Part shown: positions 12,701 to 24,902 of the stretch, piece after piece
Layout: each line of letters starts with the position of its first letter
Numbering within the stretch: position 1 is the stretch's first letter
Notes under the pieces: model-generated
What the model saw: only the letters and a program-made list of their open reading frames with translations
Databases searched by the model: none
Told to the model about the DNA's origin: nothing
Translations under genes and position numbers: made by a program
NCBI GenBank assembly: GCA_051453625.1
Contig: JBOZIK010000001.1
Coordinates: 12,439,171 to 12,503,057, forward strand
Direction: 5' to 3'
Origin: Welwitschia mirabilis
Taxonomy: Eukaryota
Length of the DNA stretch: 63,887 nt

Positions 12701-15700
12701 CTCAAAATGAAGAAAAAGAAAAAAGAAAAATTAATGAAGTCCTTCTAGAGAAAGGAATATAGACTAAGCATGCAAGCATCTTAAAAAAAACTAATAGATG
12801 AATCATCATTCTTTAGAATATCCATGAATAGTAGACTTTGTAAAATATTTAAAAATTAATATAATTAATTATAATCCTAACAATATTCCTTAGATTAAGA
12901 AGAAGCTGTATCCTAATCAAACTAGAAAATGGAAAGACAAGAAAGAAACTCCAATACAGAGATTTATGCAATCTAAGAGATATGATTATTTTACAAATTG
13001 GAGAAATGTAGAAAAAGAATTTCATCACAATTAATAATTAGCTAAAGGGGAAAAAACTAAAAGAATCTTCTATACCTACACAACCCCAACAAAATACAAG
13101 AGAAGCTAGTTGTAAAGCTATTAGAACTAGATCAAGTAGAAGCCATATTTCACTCTTAGAAAAGAAAAAGAAACTAGGAAAAATAAAAGTATGATTAAAA
13201 ATGGTTTAATAGAAGAAGAAATGGATGATTCTTTACCATTTCCAATGAGAAGTAAGATAATAAAAAAATTTCAAAGAAAGGAGAAAACAATGTAGAATAC
13301 CTTCTCAAAGCTCTGCAAGATATCTCAGTTATCTTACACTTACTAAAAATATTGAGAGACATCCCCTTGTATTAGAATAAAATCAAGAAGTTGTGTAGAA
13401 AAGAGGGGAGTAAGAAAAATAAAGAGAAAACTAATAATGAACAATTAATAAATGAATCAACTAAAAGAGTTTAGGTATTTTGGGTCATTTTCTCAAGATC
13501 TACAAGGAAATTAAACTGAGAAGTATAGTAACACTAGAATATCAATAGTAAATATAATTATTGAAGGTTCCTATAAAATAGAAGCTTTGATGGATTTAGG
13601 GATGAGTATTAATCTCATTTTCCATGACATATTTGAATAACTTATAAGTCTTCAGTATAATGAATGAGTTTATATGACAGATGGCTCTATAGTAAAGCTA
13701 GAGGGAATAATGGAGAATACCTTAATAAACCTACAAGGATTCAGATATCTAGTATATTTAGTTATTATGAAGACAAAAGAGAATACTCACCCTATTATCC
13801 TAGGAGTACCTTTGATGGAAACAACTAATGCAAGTATTTATTCCAAGAAGGAAGTAACAGAGATTAGTTTAAAATATTTGGTTCAGCAAATAAAAATACC
13901 TAATGAGGTAGAAATTGAACACCCCTTTACTAACAAGGGGGATAGTATAACATGATCCTCTAAAAATAATCTGAACAATTATTAGAAGACTAAGAAGTTA
14001 AAAGAAGAGACTAATTCTTAACTATTAACCTAGTAGAAAAAGAAGAGAAACTTGAGAAACTTTTTCTTGAAGAAGGTTTAGGATACATTAAAATTTAGAA
14101 AAACAAACCTTTTAGTATCAATGAGAATTTGACTCATTCTTAAAAGAGAAAATTATAAAGGATGTTGACTAAATGGACTAATTTTTTTACTTGGACTCAT
14201 AAAGATATTACTAGAGTAGGCGTACAATATGTCAACATAGAATTTATTTAGATACCATAGAAAAGCAAGTGAGGTAACTAGAAAGGAGATGTAATTCTCA
14301 TACACAAGATGTAATAAAGAAGGGATTACTTATCTCATTTATGATTTAGAATGGGTAAGTCCTATGATAGTAGCTCCTAAAAAGAATAATAAGTAAAGAG
14401 AGTATACATAGATTTTAGGCTACTAAATGTTGCTACTAATAAGGATCATTTTACCTTACCCTTTGAGGATGATGTTTTAGAAAGAATTTCTCATGATAAA
14501 TACTATAGTTTCTTGGATGAGTATAGTGGATATAACCAAATTCTCATAGCTCTTGAAGACCAAGCAAAAACTACATTTACTTGCAAATCAGGTACATATG
14601 GTTTTAAATGTTTACCTTTTGGGTTATGTAATGCACAAGTTACTTTTCAAAGACTAGTGAATAGTATTTTCCAAGACATGATAGGAAGATTAGTTGAGGT
14701 TTTTGTAAATGATTTCTTAACCCTTGAAAATGATTTTGAGGAAGATTTGAAAAGACTAGAAGCTATACTTACTTGATGTAAAGAAAAGAAATTAAAATTG
14801 AGTTGGTCTAAAAGTCATTTTATGGTGGGTAAAGGTATTGTTTTAGGCCATAGGATATTAGTAAGAGGAATTAAAAATAATAAGAAAAATATTAGTTTTC
14901 ATTAGAAAAATTCCTCCACCAACTAAATTCAAAGAACTAAGATCATTTTTTCATCATGTGGTGTATTATAGAAGATTCATTGCTAATTTTAGTAAAATTA
15001 CTAAACCAGTAGATAATCTTTTATAAAAATATGTGCCCTATGAATGGACCTAGTAATGACAAAAATATTTTTAAATTCCTAAAGATAAACTAGTTGAGGC
15101 CCTTATTTTATAAAAATTGGATTGGATCAAAACTTTTCACACTATAACTAATGCTTCACAGTATGCTATTACTATTGTTTTGGGCGAAAAGGATGATAAT
15201 TGTAAACCCTATGCTATCGCTTACATAAGTAAGAATATCAGTTATAGATTAAAAAACTACATAGTTATAGAAAAAGAGATTCTAGTCATAGTGGTAGCAT
15301 TAGATAAGTTTAGGCATTATATCCTAGGGTATGAGGTTAAAATTCACATAGATCATACTGTTATACAGCCTTTAATGAATAAGAAGACAGCAAATTCTTG
15401 AATCATAAGATGGATACTTTCTATGTAGGGATTTGATCTTCAGAAAATAGATAATAAGGAAAAAATAAAATGTGATAGCTGATCATCTATCTAGATTGGA
15501 ATTCCTAAAGAGGCTAAACAATTGGATACCTAAAATTGTTTTCTTGAGCATTTAGCAAATATGCAACAAACTCCTTGGTTTGCAGATATGGCTAACTTCT
15601 TAGTGAGTAAGAAGATACCTCCTTACTTAATCTATTATGAGAAAAAGAGGTTGTTAAGATAAGTAAAAAATTATATATGACAGAATAAGATCCTTTTCAA

Positions 15701-16887
15701 ATTTTATAAGGATGATGTCATTAGAAGTTATGTTGGTAAGCCTGATTAGAAGGAGCTTCCACAAACTTTTCATCCAAAGGAAGGAGGAGATCATTATAGA
15801 AAAAAATAACTACTATAAAATTTCTAAATGTAGGATATTATTGGCCTTCTTTATTTAAGGATTCTTTTAATTATACTAAAGGATGTAATAATTGTCAAAG
15901 AGATGGAACATGATCAAAGGTGATTTAAATGCTCCAATAATGGATTTAAGCCTTGGAACCTTTTGATGTATAGGGAATAGATTTCATTGGTTACATTAAT
16001 ACAAAATCCTATGAAAAGGAATACATTCTAGTTTGTGTGGATTATTTAACTAAATGGGCTAAAGATGAGGCTATTCCTAATTATTCCACTAAAACCATTG
16101 TCAAATTCTTATCTAAGAATATCTTTCATAGGTTCTTTATACTTAAAAGTCTTATGTCAGATAGAGAAACCTGTTTCACTAGTCAAGCCTTTGAAAAGTT
16201 TTTGTCTAAGTATGAAGTCTAACACAAACTCTCCTTAGCTTACCACCCCTAAACCAACGGTCAGGCTGAGGTTACAAATAGGGAATTAAATAGAATTTTG
16301 ACTATAATAGTAAACACTAAAAGAACTGACTCGGTATATAAACTTATTGAAGCTTTATGGGCCTATAGGTTAAGTTGAAAAAACATTATAGGTTTCACAC
16401 TCTATGAGTTAGTCTATAGCAAAAAAGAAACCTTGCCTATTGAATTAAGATTAACATCTTATAAATTGACTAAATAATTAGATTATGATTTGGATAAATC
16501 TCAAAAGGAATAATTCAAAACATGAATAAATGAGATCAAGATAAAAGAAAAACCTTAATAAGAAAAGAATAAATCCAAAATTAAGTAAAAGAGTGGAACA
16601 ACTATAATGTTCCAAAAACTAATTTCAAAATTGGAGATAGAGTTTTGGTTTTTGGTCCTAAATATATATCCTCTAAAAAAAATTACACTAAAAAATGGAT
16701 TGGACCATATACTTTAACAAAAATTCTACCTAATGGAGTAATGGAAGTATTTAATAAAGAAACTAAAGATACATATCAAGTCAATGGTCATAGAATCAAG
16801 ACTTATATAGAAGGAATTTCACTCTTAGAAGAAATTGAACAAACTTATAGGGTGGAAAGAATTCTACCCATATGTATTCCTCCATAA
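9770..16887 (+). pseudogene. gag-pol: Element A gag-pol (gag, PR, RT, RNase H, integrase)
   Basis: PR ALMDLG (~13585). RT LDEYSGYNQI..EDQAKTTFTC..LPFGLCNA..FQR (Athila-type). [58 protein letters not shown]. The gag start is present three times around N gaps. Confidence 0.9.
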
Positions 16888-17181
16888 TCCTATATTCTAT
16901 GATAAAAACATAATTAGAAATAATAATAAAAAATTAACAAGTAAATAAATAAATGATATGTTATAAGGTTTAACTTTTAAGAAAGGAAAATGGATGCTAT
17001 TTGAATTATAAGAAATTTTGTTTGATAAGTGAAAGTGTCTCTCAAAAGAATTAGTAAGACTTCAAGAAGGGAAAGTTATATATAATAAAAATGACTAGGT
17101 GATGAAGGAAAATAAAGATACCTATGCAATCATTTATCTTTTGTTTTATAAAAAAAGGGAAAAAAAGAAGAAGAGAAAACA

Positions 17182-17346
17182 ATGTCCTATCATAAGTACA
17201 TTTTGGCAAATATTCTCAAGAAGGGCCTTTGTCAGTGACTCCACCAAGGGATTAGTTGGTTATGATCTAAGTTTATAACTATGTAGGTTCTTGTCTCTAT
17301 GGTAGTAATTGTACTCTTCTTATTGCAACAGTATTTCTTAAAATAA
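17182..17346 (+). pseudogene. Accessory ORF1 of A: small peptide with a hydrophobic helix
   Basis: One frame reads MSYHKYILANILKKGLCQ*LHQGISWL*SKFITM*VLVSMVVIVLFLLQQYFLK; the stops are TGA/TAG, plausibly former TGG. Homologous to 58164-58334. Confidence 0.55.
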
Positions 17347-17759
17347 ATGCTCTTTGGCTTGAAATTATAAAGAAGACAATCACTATCCAAGTATCATCTG
17401 AGGAACAGTTAGTATCTAATATTTTCTTTAAGCCAAGTGAACCTCCAAAGGAAAAGTAAATATTACACCCCATACTGATTTTTTATTTTAACATTTAAAA
17501 CATTTAAATAAATGTATCTTTCTTCTATTTATCGTGAATCAATAATTTTTTGTGAAGATAAAAAGGCTTGACATTCAATTAATTTTTATAATTTGGTATA
17601 ATAAAAATGAGTACTAAAATAAAAGCAGATTATTATTAGTTACAATATGAAATAAAAAGAGTTTTAATCAAAAAATACATTTATTTTATTAAAGCAACTA
17701 AATCTAAATAGATAACAACTAAAGCAAAAAACTAAAATAAATTGAAATTAATCTCATGG

Positions 17760-18560
17760 GATCTTAGAAAACTTGATGCCTGTACTTATTCTTCCTCCTA
17801 AACCTATACTAATTAGATGTTTCTATGAGAGGAGGAAAAGATAAGCAGTGTAGGAAGTTAGTAATAGTCTTAATCTCTATAGCATGGGCATAGCAGAAGT
17901 TCTAATAAACTAATTCATCCAAGGGTTAATATTTTTTATAGGTAATTCTCATCAAAAGAGAGAGTATAAAGGCTTAGATTTAGATTGTTACCTTTTTTTT
18001 GCTATAACCTTTACTCTAATTCATGAATCTAACTTAAACAATGCCCTAATAAAGAATCATACCTATTAGACTCATCAATTAGAATAGAACTCAGCTTGAC
18101 AATCTAGATTTTCAAATACTCTGTACATAAGTAATCAACTATTGAATCAAAGTAGGGTGGAATTTCTCCATGGCTAAATTAATTCCTTCCATTATTTTAG
18201 AGGATGTCACCCAAGGAATTGAGCACCTCAGAAACTAAACTATAGGAATACTTTGCATAGAAATCTTCTATACTCATAATGTTCATATTTATCTAAGAGG
18301 ATCTTAAGCTAAATAGACAGCATTTAAATTTCTTAATAAGAGGAGAAGTAAGCAAGTTATTAGAACTATAGGCCATCTCTAATCTAGATATCAAGAGAAC
18401 TTGATTTAATTTTGTAAATGTGTGTTGAGTGAAATTATTCAAGGCATTGTAGTATACTTATACCTAGAAAGTAACAGTAAAGAAAACCATTCATAATTTC
18501 AGGTTTGATTGAGTCTTGGACATACCTGAGATGCTAATTTATGAGAAGTTAGAAGAGATC
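17760..18560 (-). pseudogene. Accessory ORF2 of A: antisense ORF of unknown function
   Basis: VLNSLGDIL*NNGRN*FSHGEIPPYFDSIVDYLCTEYLKI*IVKLSSIL...GNNLNLSLYTLSFDEN aligns with the antisense ORF at 58700-59340. Confidence 0.65.
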
Positions 18561-18654
18561 TATTTAATCCAAAAAATCCTAGATTAAACTCTGCTTCTTC
18601 TAACTAAACTATAAATGCCATGTCAATTGTGACTTTGTCCCCAGTCAAATTTAT

Positions 18655-19920
18655 TAATTTAAAGGACCTTCTTTAAGAAATATTCATTGCTCAAAGGCCT
18701 TCTTGAAATCTTAAACAATTTGAATATTCTATTTTTGATGACATGTTAAAAGGTACATATCATCTGTTGAAGACCCCTTTGATAAATGACTAACCTCATT
18801 CAATGGTGTCTTCAAAAACCTCTAGTGTCTTTGCTTCTTTCCCTTTTTACTCTCAGTGTGAGCTTGAAGGCCCCCTTCAAGCAACCTTCATTATGCAAAG
18901 ATTCCCTTAAACCTCTATATTTAGTGTAGTAGGAATAAATTGAATAATGAGTTAGCTTTGTCTTCCTCCTAATTTATCACTCACTTCTCGAGCCCGTTTT
19001 AGATGATCAAAGACCTCCTTTGCATAATTACTTGACTAATATGACATTTTATGGATTTCTAATTAAATATCCACTTTGGAAGAAGAAATCCTCCCTTAAA
19101 TTTTTATGTTCATAAATAAGAGCAAAAGGGTAAATTGAAGTCATAATAAATTCTTTAAAAACCTTGCCAATGACTCCTTGAAAGATTTTTTTTTTTTTTT
19201 GTTTGAAAAACAACTTTAAGATTAGTCTTTGTTAGATAATTCTTTTGAAGAAGCAATTTGTACTCAAAGGACCCATTTTAGCAACCTACATTACTCAAAG
19301 ATCCCCTTAAAGAAAGTAATTGCTACTAAAATCTAGAAGAGACTTTGTAATCTAAATTTTAAACAGAAAACATGTATTAAAAAGCTAAATAGAATACCTA
19401 ATGAAATGGACAACTACTATGATAAACTTCAAATAGTATTTTCTAGAGAGTGAACTAATAGAAAGTTAGATAAAATAAATATTATGAAAATAGCTCTTAC
19501 TAGTAGGAAAAAAAGCATCTATGAAAAAAACAATAATAGCAGTAGTATTAAATGGATTAGAATTTCAAAAGGAATTCTCTTAAGAAAGATTCTTATTCAG
19601 AGCTTTATGAAATTTGCAAAAAGAAACACATAGTCTATAGAATATAAAGTGTTTAATATAAGCCAAGGAAATTATAATTACATTTATATAATTAAGAGGT
19701 TAAAGGTACCAATTTTGGATAGTTCAAAGTACTAAAATTGAGGCAAGAATCTGTAACTTCCACTCTATTAAGTTGCTTCATCAATTTGAAGGATTCTTTT
19801 GAGGAAGTAATTATTACTCGAAGCACCCCTCTAAGAAATATTTATTGCTTGAAGATTCTCTTTGAAGATGTAATTACTACTGAAAGGATACCTTTAAATA
19901 GTTGAAGGCCTTCTTTGAGC
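18655..19920 (+). repeat. Clusters of a degenerate ~30-bp repeat in the spacer of A
   Basis: Units resembling ttRctcRaaggaYYYYtttRagaaRtaat at ~18655-18710, ~19236-19330 and ~19784-19920. Confidence 0.55.
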
Positions 19921-20325
19921 CCTGATGGGAGGAAGAGACAAAAGTAGACTTTTATATCATATTTTATTAATACCCCATTTGACGACTTTGACCACCCTTT
20001 CATCAGAAAATGTAGCAAGTCAAACTTCAACACATAGTAGGGAGCTTCAAATTTCTATAAATAGAACATCGCGATAGGTAAATTTTTATTTCAAGTTTGT
20101 TTTTAGTGAACAATTTGCTTTGTCATCTTCCAATTGCATGTGAAAACATCATGAAAACCTCCTCTATTGTCTCTTTCGTAAATTCAAAAAAATGTTATTT
20201 TAGGTTAAAGCATTTAAATTAAGAATGTTTTTTACATAGTTAAATACTTTAAGTTCTTTAAAATGCATTCTATTTTCTTCAATAAGATATTAGATGAGTG
20301 CTTGGAGTTTAATGACAATTCTTAT

Positions 20326-21470
20326 ATGAGTATTTCATATAAGAAAGCAATTGAACTCCAAAGCTAAATAGTAAAATATTTTCTACAAAAGTTAAAACTT
20401 TTTCTAGTTTAAATTTTAGAAAACTTCTAAAAAACCCTGTTTCACTAGACTTGGATAATGAATAATTAAACTTAACTAGTGAAATTGGTTAACATTTTCA
20501 AAAAAATACAATAATGAAAAAGTATACTCTTTCTATAGAAACATAAATTTTTTAGAGAAACTACCAACATTATACTCATCAGTTATTAATGTACTGATTT
20601 AGATTTTACTGGATGAAATAAAGATGATTTTTTGGGTACCATCTAGTGAAAGATTATTATCAAAAATGTGTAACAATAAGGACATCACATTATGTCTAAA
20701 ACATTTTTGCAATATCACTAATAAAGATGGATGAGTTGACATTGATAAGGTAAGGGATCCTGAGGTATTTTTCATTTCTAGAATGCTATTCTTGAATCTA
20801 GACCTAATCATCAATAAGAAAAAGGACATGAGTATACTAAGAGTACATTTAGTGGATGCCATTAAAAATCCCTCAAGCAAAAATATTAACATTGGGTTCA
20901 ACATCTTTCAATATTTATGTAAACCATAATCTAGAATAAAATACACTACGACGATTACAAAGGTTGGACTAGGATATTCATTACTGATCCTAAGGACTCT
21001 TTTAGATAGAAATATTCTATAATTCTTTCCAAGAAAAATAAGTAGCATGGAACTTTTAGTCATATTCTTATTTGGAGTTTTGGTTCTAACACCCTTTAGC
21101 ATTCTAGACACATAAGAGACACCTTCAACTAGATAGCTAGTAACATAAATTTAAACATAACTTCTAGGTCCTTCCATGGATCAAGCAAATACATTTACTT
21201 TATAGCAATTAGAGCTGTAAAAGGAAATAAAATCTTTTACAAAGTTATTAGAAGAATATAAGGAGGATTCTTTATGTGCTACTATAAATTCTTTAACTGG
21301 CTTCCTACTAGAAAAGAATAAATTACCAGAAGAAAATATTAGTTTAAAGAAAAAGGTTAAATTTTTGGAACTATAGAATAAATTTTGCAAAAATAATTTT
21401 TTCCCCTTATCACAAAGAATGGGATAAAGCAAAGGAGAAAAAGTAGCAGCTAGTGGAGAGATTAATCACT
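20326..21470 (+). pseudogene. Accessory ORF3 of A: plant-transposon/env-like (PF20167-like) ORF with a coiled-coil tail
   Basis: YNNEKVYSFYRN...RDPEVFFISRMLFLNL...INIGFNIF...VGLGYSLLI...KVKFLEL. Homologous to 30243-31370 (DNA level) and 61050-63120 (protein level). Confidence 0.6.
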
Positions 21471-23946
21471 CATTTTAAATCTCATAAGTCAAATAGCTCC
21501 TCTCTACATAATGCTTAAGTTTAAATTGAGGAATTAGAGCAAGAACTCAAAGAGGAAAAAGAGAAACTATAGCTTCCTTCCCCTCTATAATAGAGAGAGA
21601 ATCATTAATATTGCTATTTATGTTATGATCAATTGTATTAATAATAAATGCTTAAGAGTTCTTCTAACACTTATTGTAGACCATCACTATGTGATAGATA
21701 GAGGGATATGTAAATTTACTCATACACTAAATATTATTAATGGACAATGAATATGAAATAGCTTACGGTAATGCTCCTATGCCATGATGGAATTATTTAT
21801 AGTAAAGCAATATATAATAAAATAAAAACAATGTTAAAATCTCATTTTTTAATTTTAATTTACCTATTATATGTGTGTATTGTAACTTCTTATTAGTTTT
21901 AATTTTAGCTAATTAAATACATAAAATTAAGAATATCTATCTTAGGTGAAACCTCGTCATCATAGATAAGGTCTGTCTCATCTTTATTTTTACTAGTTCC
22001 ACTTAAAATATGATGGTATGATTGTTTTCTTTATTTTTGTTTAGTAAATAAAGTTATCCTTTATTATTTTTAGGCTTCCACCCTTATGTTGATAAAATTA
22101 TAGATGCAAAAATTAGTAAACTTCCTTCTTTATATTCAAAATTATAGAATTTTTTAGGCAAATGTAATAAGAGCATTGTTTCTAATGCTCCAAACCCTTA
22201 TACTCCATTTTTCCTAAATATATTCTTCTTCTATTTTTAAGAAATCTACTTCTAATTAATTTTAATTTAACCTTTTACCATCATAATGTTGTAGAATCCC
22301 TATTTCTTAGAATATTTTAACATTCCCTCTCTAGTAAAGATATTTCTCTTAAATTAGTTTTTTGAAATAATGGTGGTCTATAAGAACAATTTTGATATGT
22401 TCCATGGTAAACATCCGATATATAATAGAAAAGCTAATGAAATCTCCACTATAAAGGCTTCCATTCCATCATCCCTTATCACATAACTTACTATTACATG
22501 GCCTACCACAATCAATACACCCTGATAGGAGTAGAAAAGGGAGGAATTTTTAGAGGCTACCATCATTCTAGAACAAGATTATAAATGGCTAAAAATCATT
22601 TAGATCAAAATTGTATAAGAAATTATTCATTGTAGCTTTATTTTATTTTTTAAGCCAACACATAGAGAGAACTATACTAGTTAACTTATAGAATTTTATT
22701 ATAGGATAACCATACATTACCAATATCTTATCAATGATAATCCTAATCAACTTGAATAAGAAACCATCATTTGATGTCATATGGGTCACATTAAAATTGA
22801 TATTATAAAAGGTTTCTTATACAAAAATTATAGCATTTCATCCAAGGGAATCCACTTTACATTGATTAAGGAGTAAGAAAGAAAAAAAAGAATATTTTAT
22901 AGATCTTATAGGAGAATAAGTCACCTTTAAGGCTTTAACTTTAGCCTTTGAAGATGGGATATTTATTTAAATAATCTTTCCTTAGACATGTATGTTTTTT
23001 ATACTTATTACCATTAACATTCATTCCACAATACACATTTATTAACCTTATGACATTTCACACTATATTAGTGTTGGTGTTATACAATGCAAAAGTGTAT
23101 AATTTTACTTAAACTATCATTAAGTTCATAAAATTAGTAGTCTAATCACCCATTATTATATCTTTTCCTTTCCTTCTTGCTACCATTTTATAATCTAGAA
23201 ATATATTCAAACCAACTCATGAGTCACTAACATAAATGATAAGTTTTAAAAAATGGATCTAAACATAATTCATCTCATTAAGTAGGCCTAAATTTAACCT
23301 CTAGAAGCACTAGCTTCTTTAGATACCACACTCATAAACCTTTTTCACTAAGTAACTTTAACAAGTTAGAGGGATAATATAAAATTAAAAATAATAATTA
23401 CAAGTTCACATGCAAACTTTAGAATTCAAATTGACCAAGCTTACTAATGAAGTTTAAGAAATTAAAATGCACATTGGATTTAAGATTGAACATGTAGCAA
23501 GTGCAATATCACCAGAGGATGGGAAAAGAATATCATGAAATGAATACCCCATGAATTTGTACTTTTACCTATTTTTATCATGAAATTGAAAGATTGATAA
23601 TGATTTTATAACCATTCAATTCAATTTTTGTAATTTTGTACTATGTACTTTGATTGGCATCTTAATATAATAAATGCTCTTTTCTACTATACACGTTATT
23701 TATTTTTAATAATTTCTTACTCCATAATAAATTTACTAACATACTAAATGAGATTAATTTAAACTATTAATTATTTTCTAACAAAGGGACTATCACAAAA
23801 AAAGAATAAGACTATGATAGCACTATAAATTTTAATTTTATCACATATTGTATCACATAGTTAAAACTTGAAATACTCTAAAGTACCCTTTACAAATGCA
23901 CTTAGAACCAAATATATTCTAGTTAGTTTACTTTAAAAAATGTTAT

Positions 23947-24870
23947 TGATGACTTAAATACAAATGTACATTTATGCTATATTCTTACCAAAGTTAATGA
24001 ATGATATGTCAAAATGTTAGAAATATGTTATGATATTATATGCTATGATATTATTATAATATATTATGTGTTATCTTAAGCTAACGTTGTGATGCAGGTC
24101 AGTTAGATGGAACCATGATACAAAAAGGGAAAGCGGTTGTAACAACTAGACAGGTGGTGCAAAAGAAGGAGTAAGAAACTCACTACAACTACATCTATAA
24201 ATATGCATTATAGAGGAGGAAAAAGGATCCTTTTGGAGTATTGTGAAGTCTTGGAGAAGAGTTGAAAAGCACATCTAAGGTGAAGAGATCACATTGGAAG
24301 AACTATAAAGTGACTTCCTAAGATACTGTACATGTTGCGAAAACATAGGAAGTGGCTAATTACTATTTTTCTTGATAAGTAATACAAGTTGTGTTATTCT
24401 AAAAAGAATATTATATTGTTAAAGTGTGTAATTTGGAAACATTGCATGCTATCATTTTCTTTCTCTTAATATTGATACTGGCTAGAGTTATTATTAAGAT
24501 AGTGTATCTATTACAATAATTGGTGTACATAATCTGGCTAGGTTTTCTTTGTTCTAGCTACTTTTATTTTCCATATCTTGTAAATTATTCTTTATAAGTA
24601 AAGTAACTGTAAAAACACCTTTTTGCTAAGAATAGTCATTCTTTGACAAAATATGTGTCTTGATGAAACAACAAAAGCTTTGTTTGAGTGAAAAGCAAAA
24701 AAACATAATCTCCATATAAAAATTATTAATGATTAAAGTCTATGTGTAGATTTGGTAATTTAAATGTATGGTTTTCTAGTATTTTATTAATTTAATAGTT
24801 CATTTTTAAGTATTTTGTTGAAACTGGTTAACTGTTTTATAGTATTTCTAGTTAAATTACAAGCTTGACA
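23947..24870 (+). repeat. LTR2 (5' LTR of B)
   Basis: tgatgactt...aagcttgaca (TG..CA ends), followed by a PBS. Confidence 0.9.
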
Positions 24871-24873
24871 TTT

Positions 24874-24890
24874 TGGCCTAGAAGGAGGGC
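24874..24890 (+). promoter_or_regulatory. Primer-binding site, tRNA-Asn
   Basis: TGGCCTAGAAGGAGGGC directly after LTR2. Confidence 0.8.
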
Positions 24891-24902
24891 ACTTCTAACC
24901 TT

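Noticed and set aside
18655-19920. ~30-bp repeats as a possible CRISPR-like array
   Set aside because: The units are degenerate and adjacent, with no unique spacers and no cas genes, in a eukaryotic TE context.
20599-21432. Minus-strand ORFs at 20599-21432 and 30625-31029 that look conserved between A and B
   Set aside because: They are shadows of the sense-strand ORF3. Protein similarity to element C is in the + frame.
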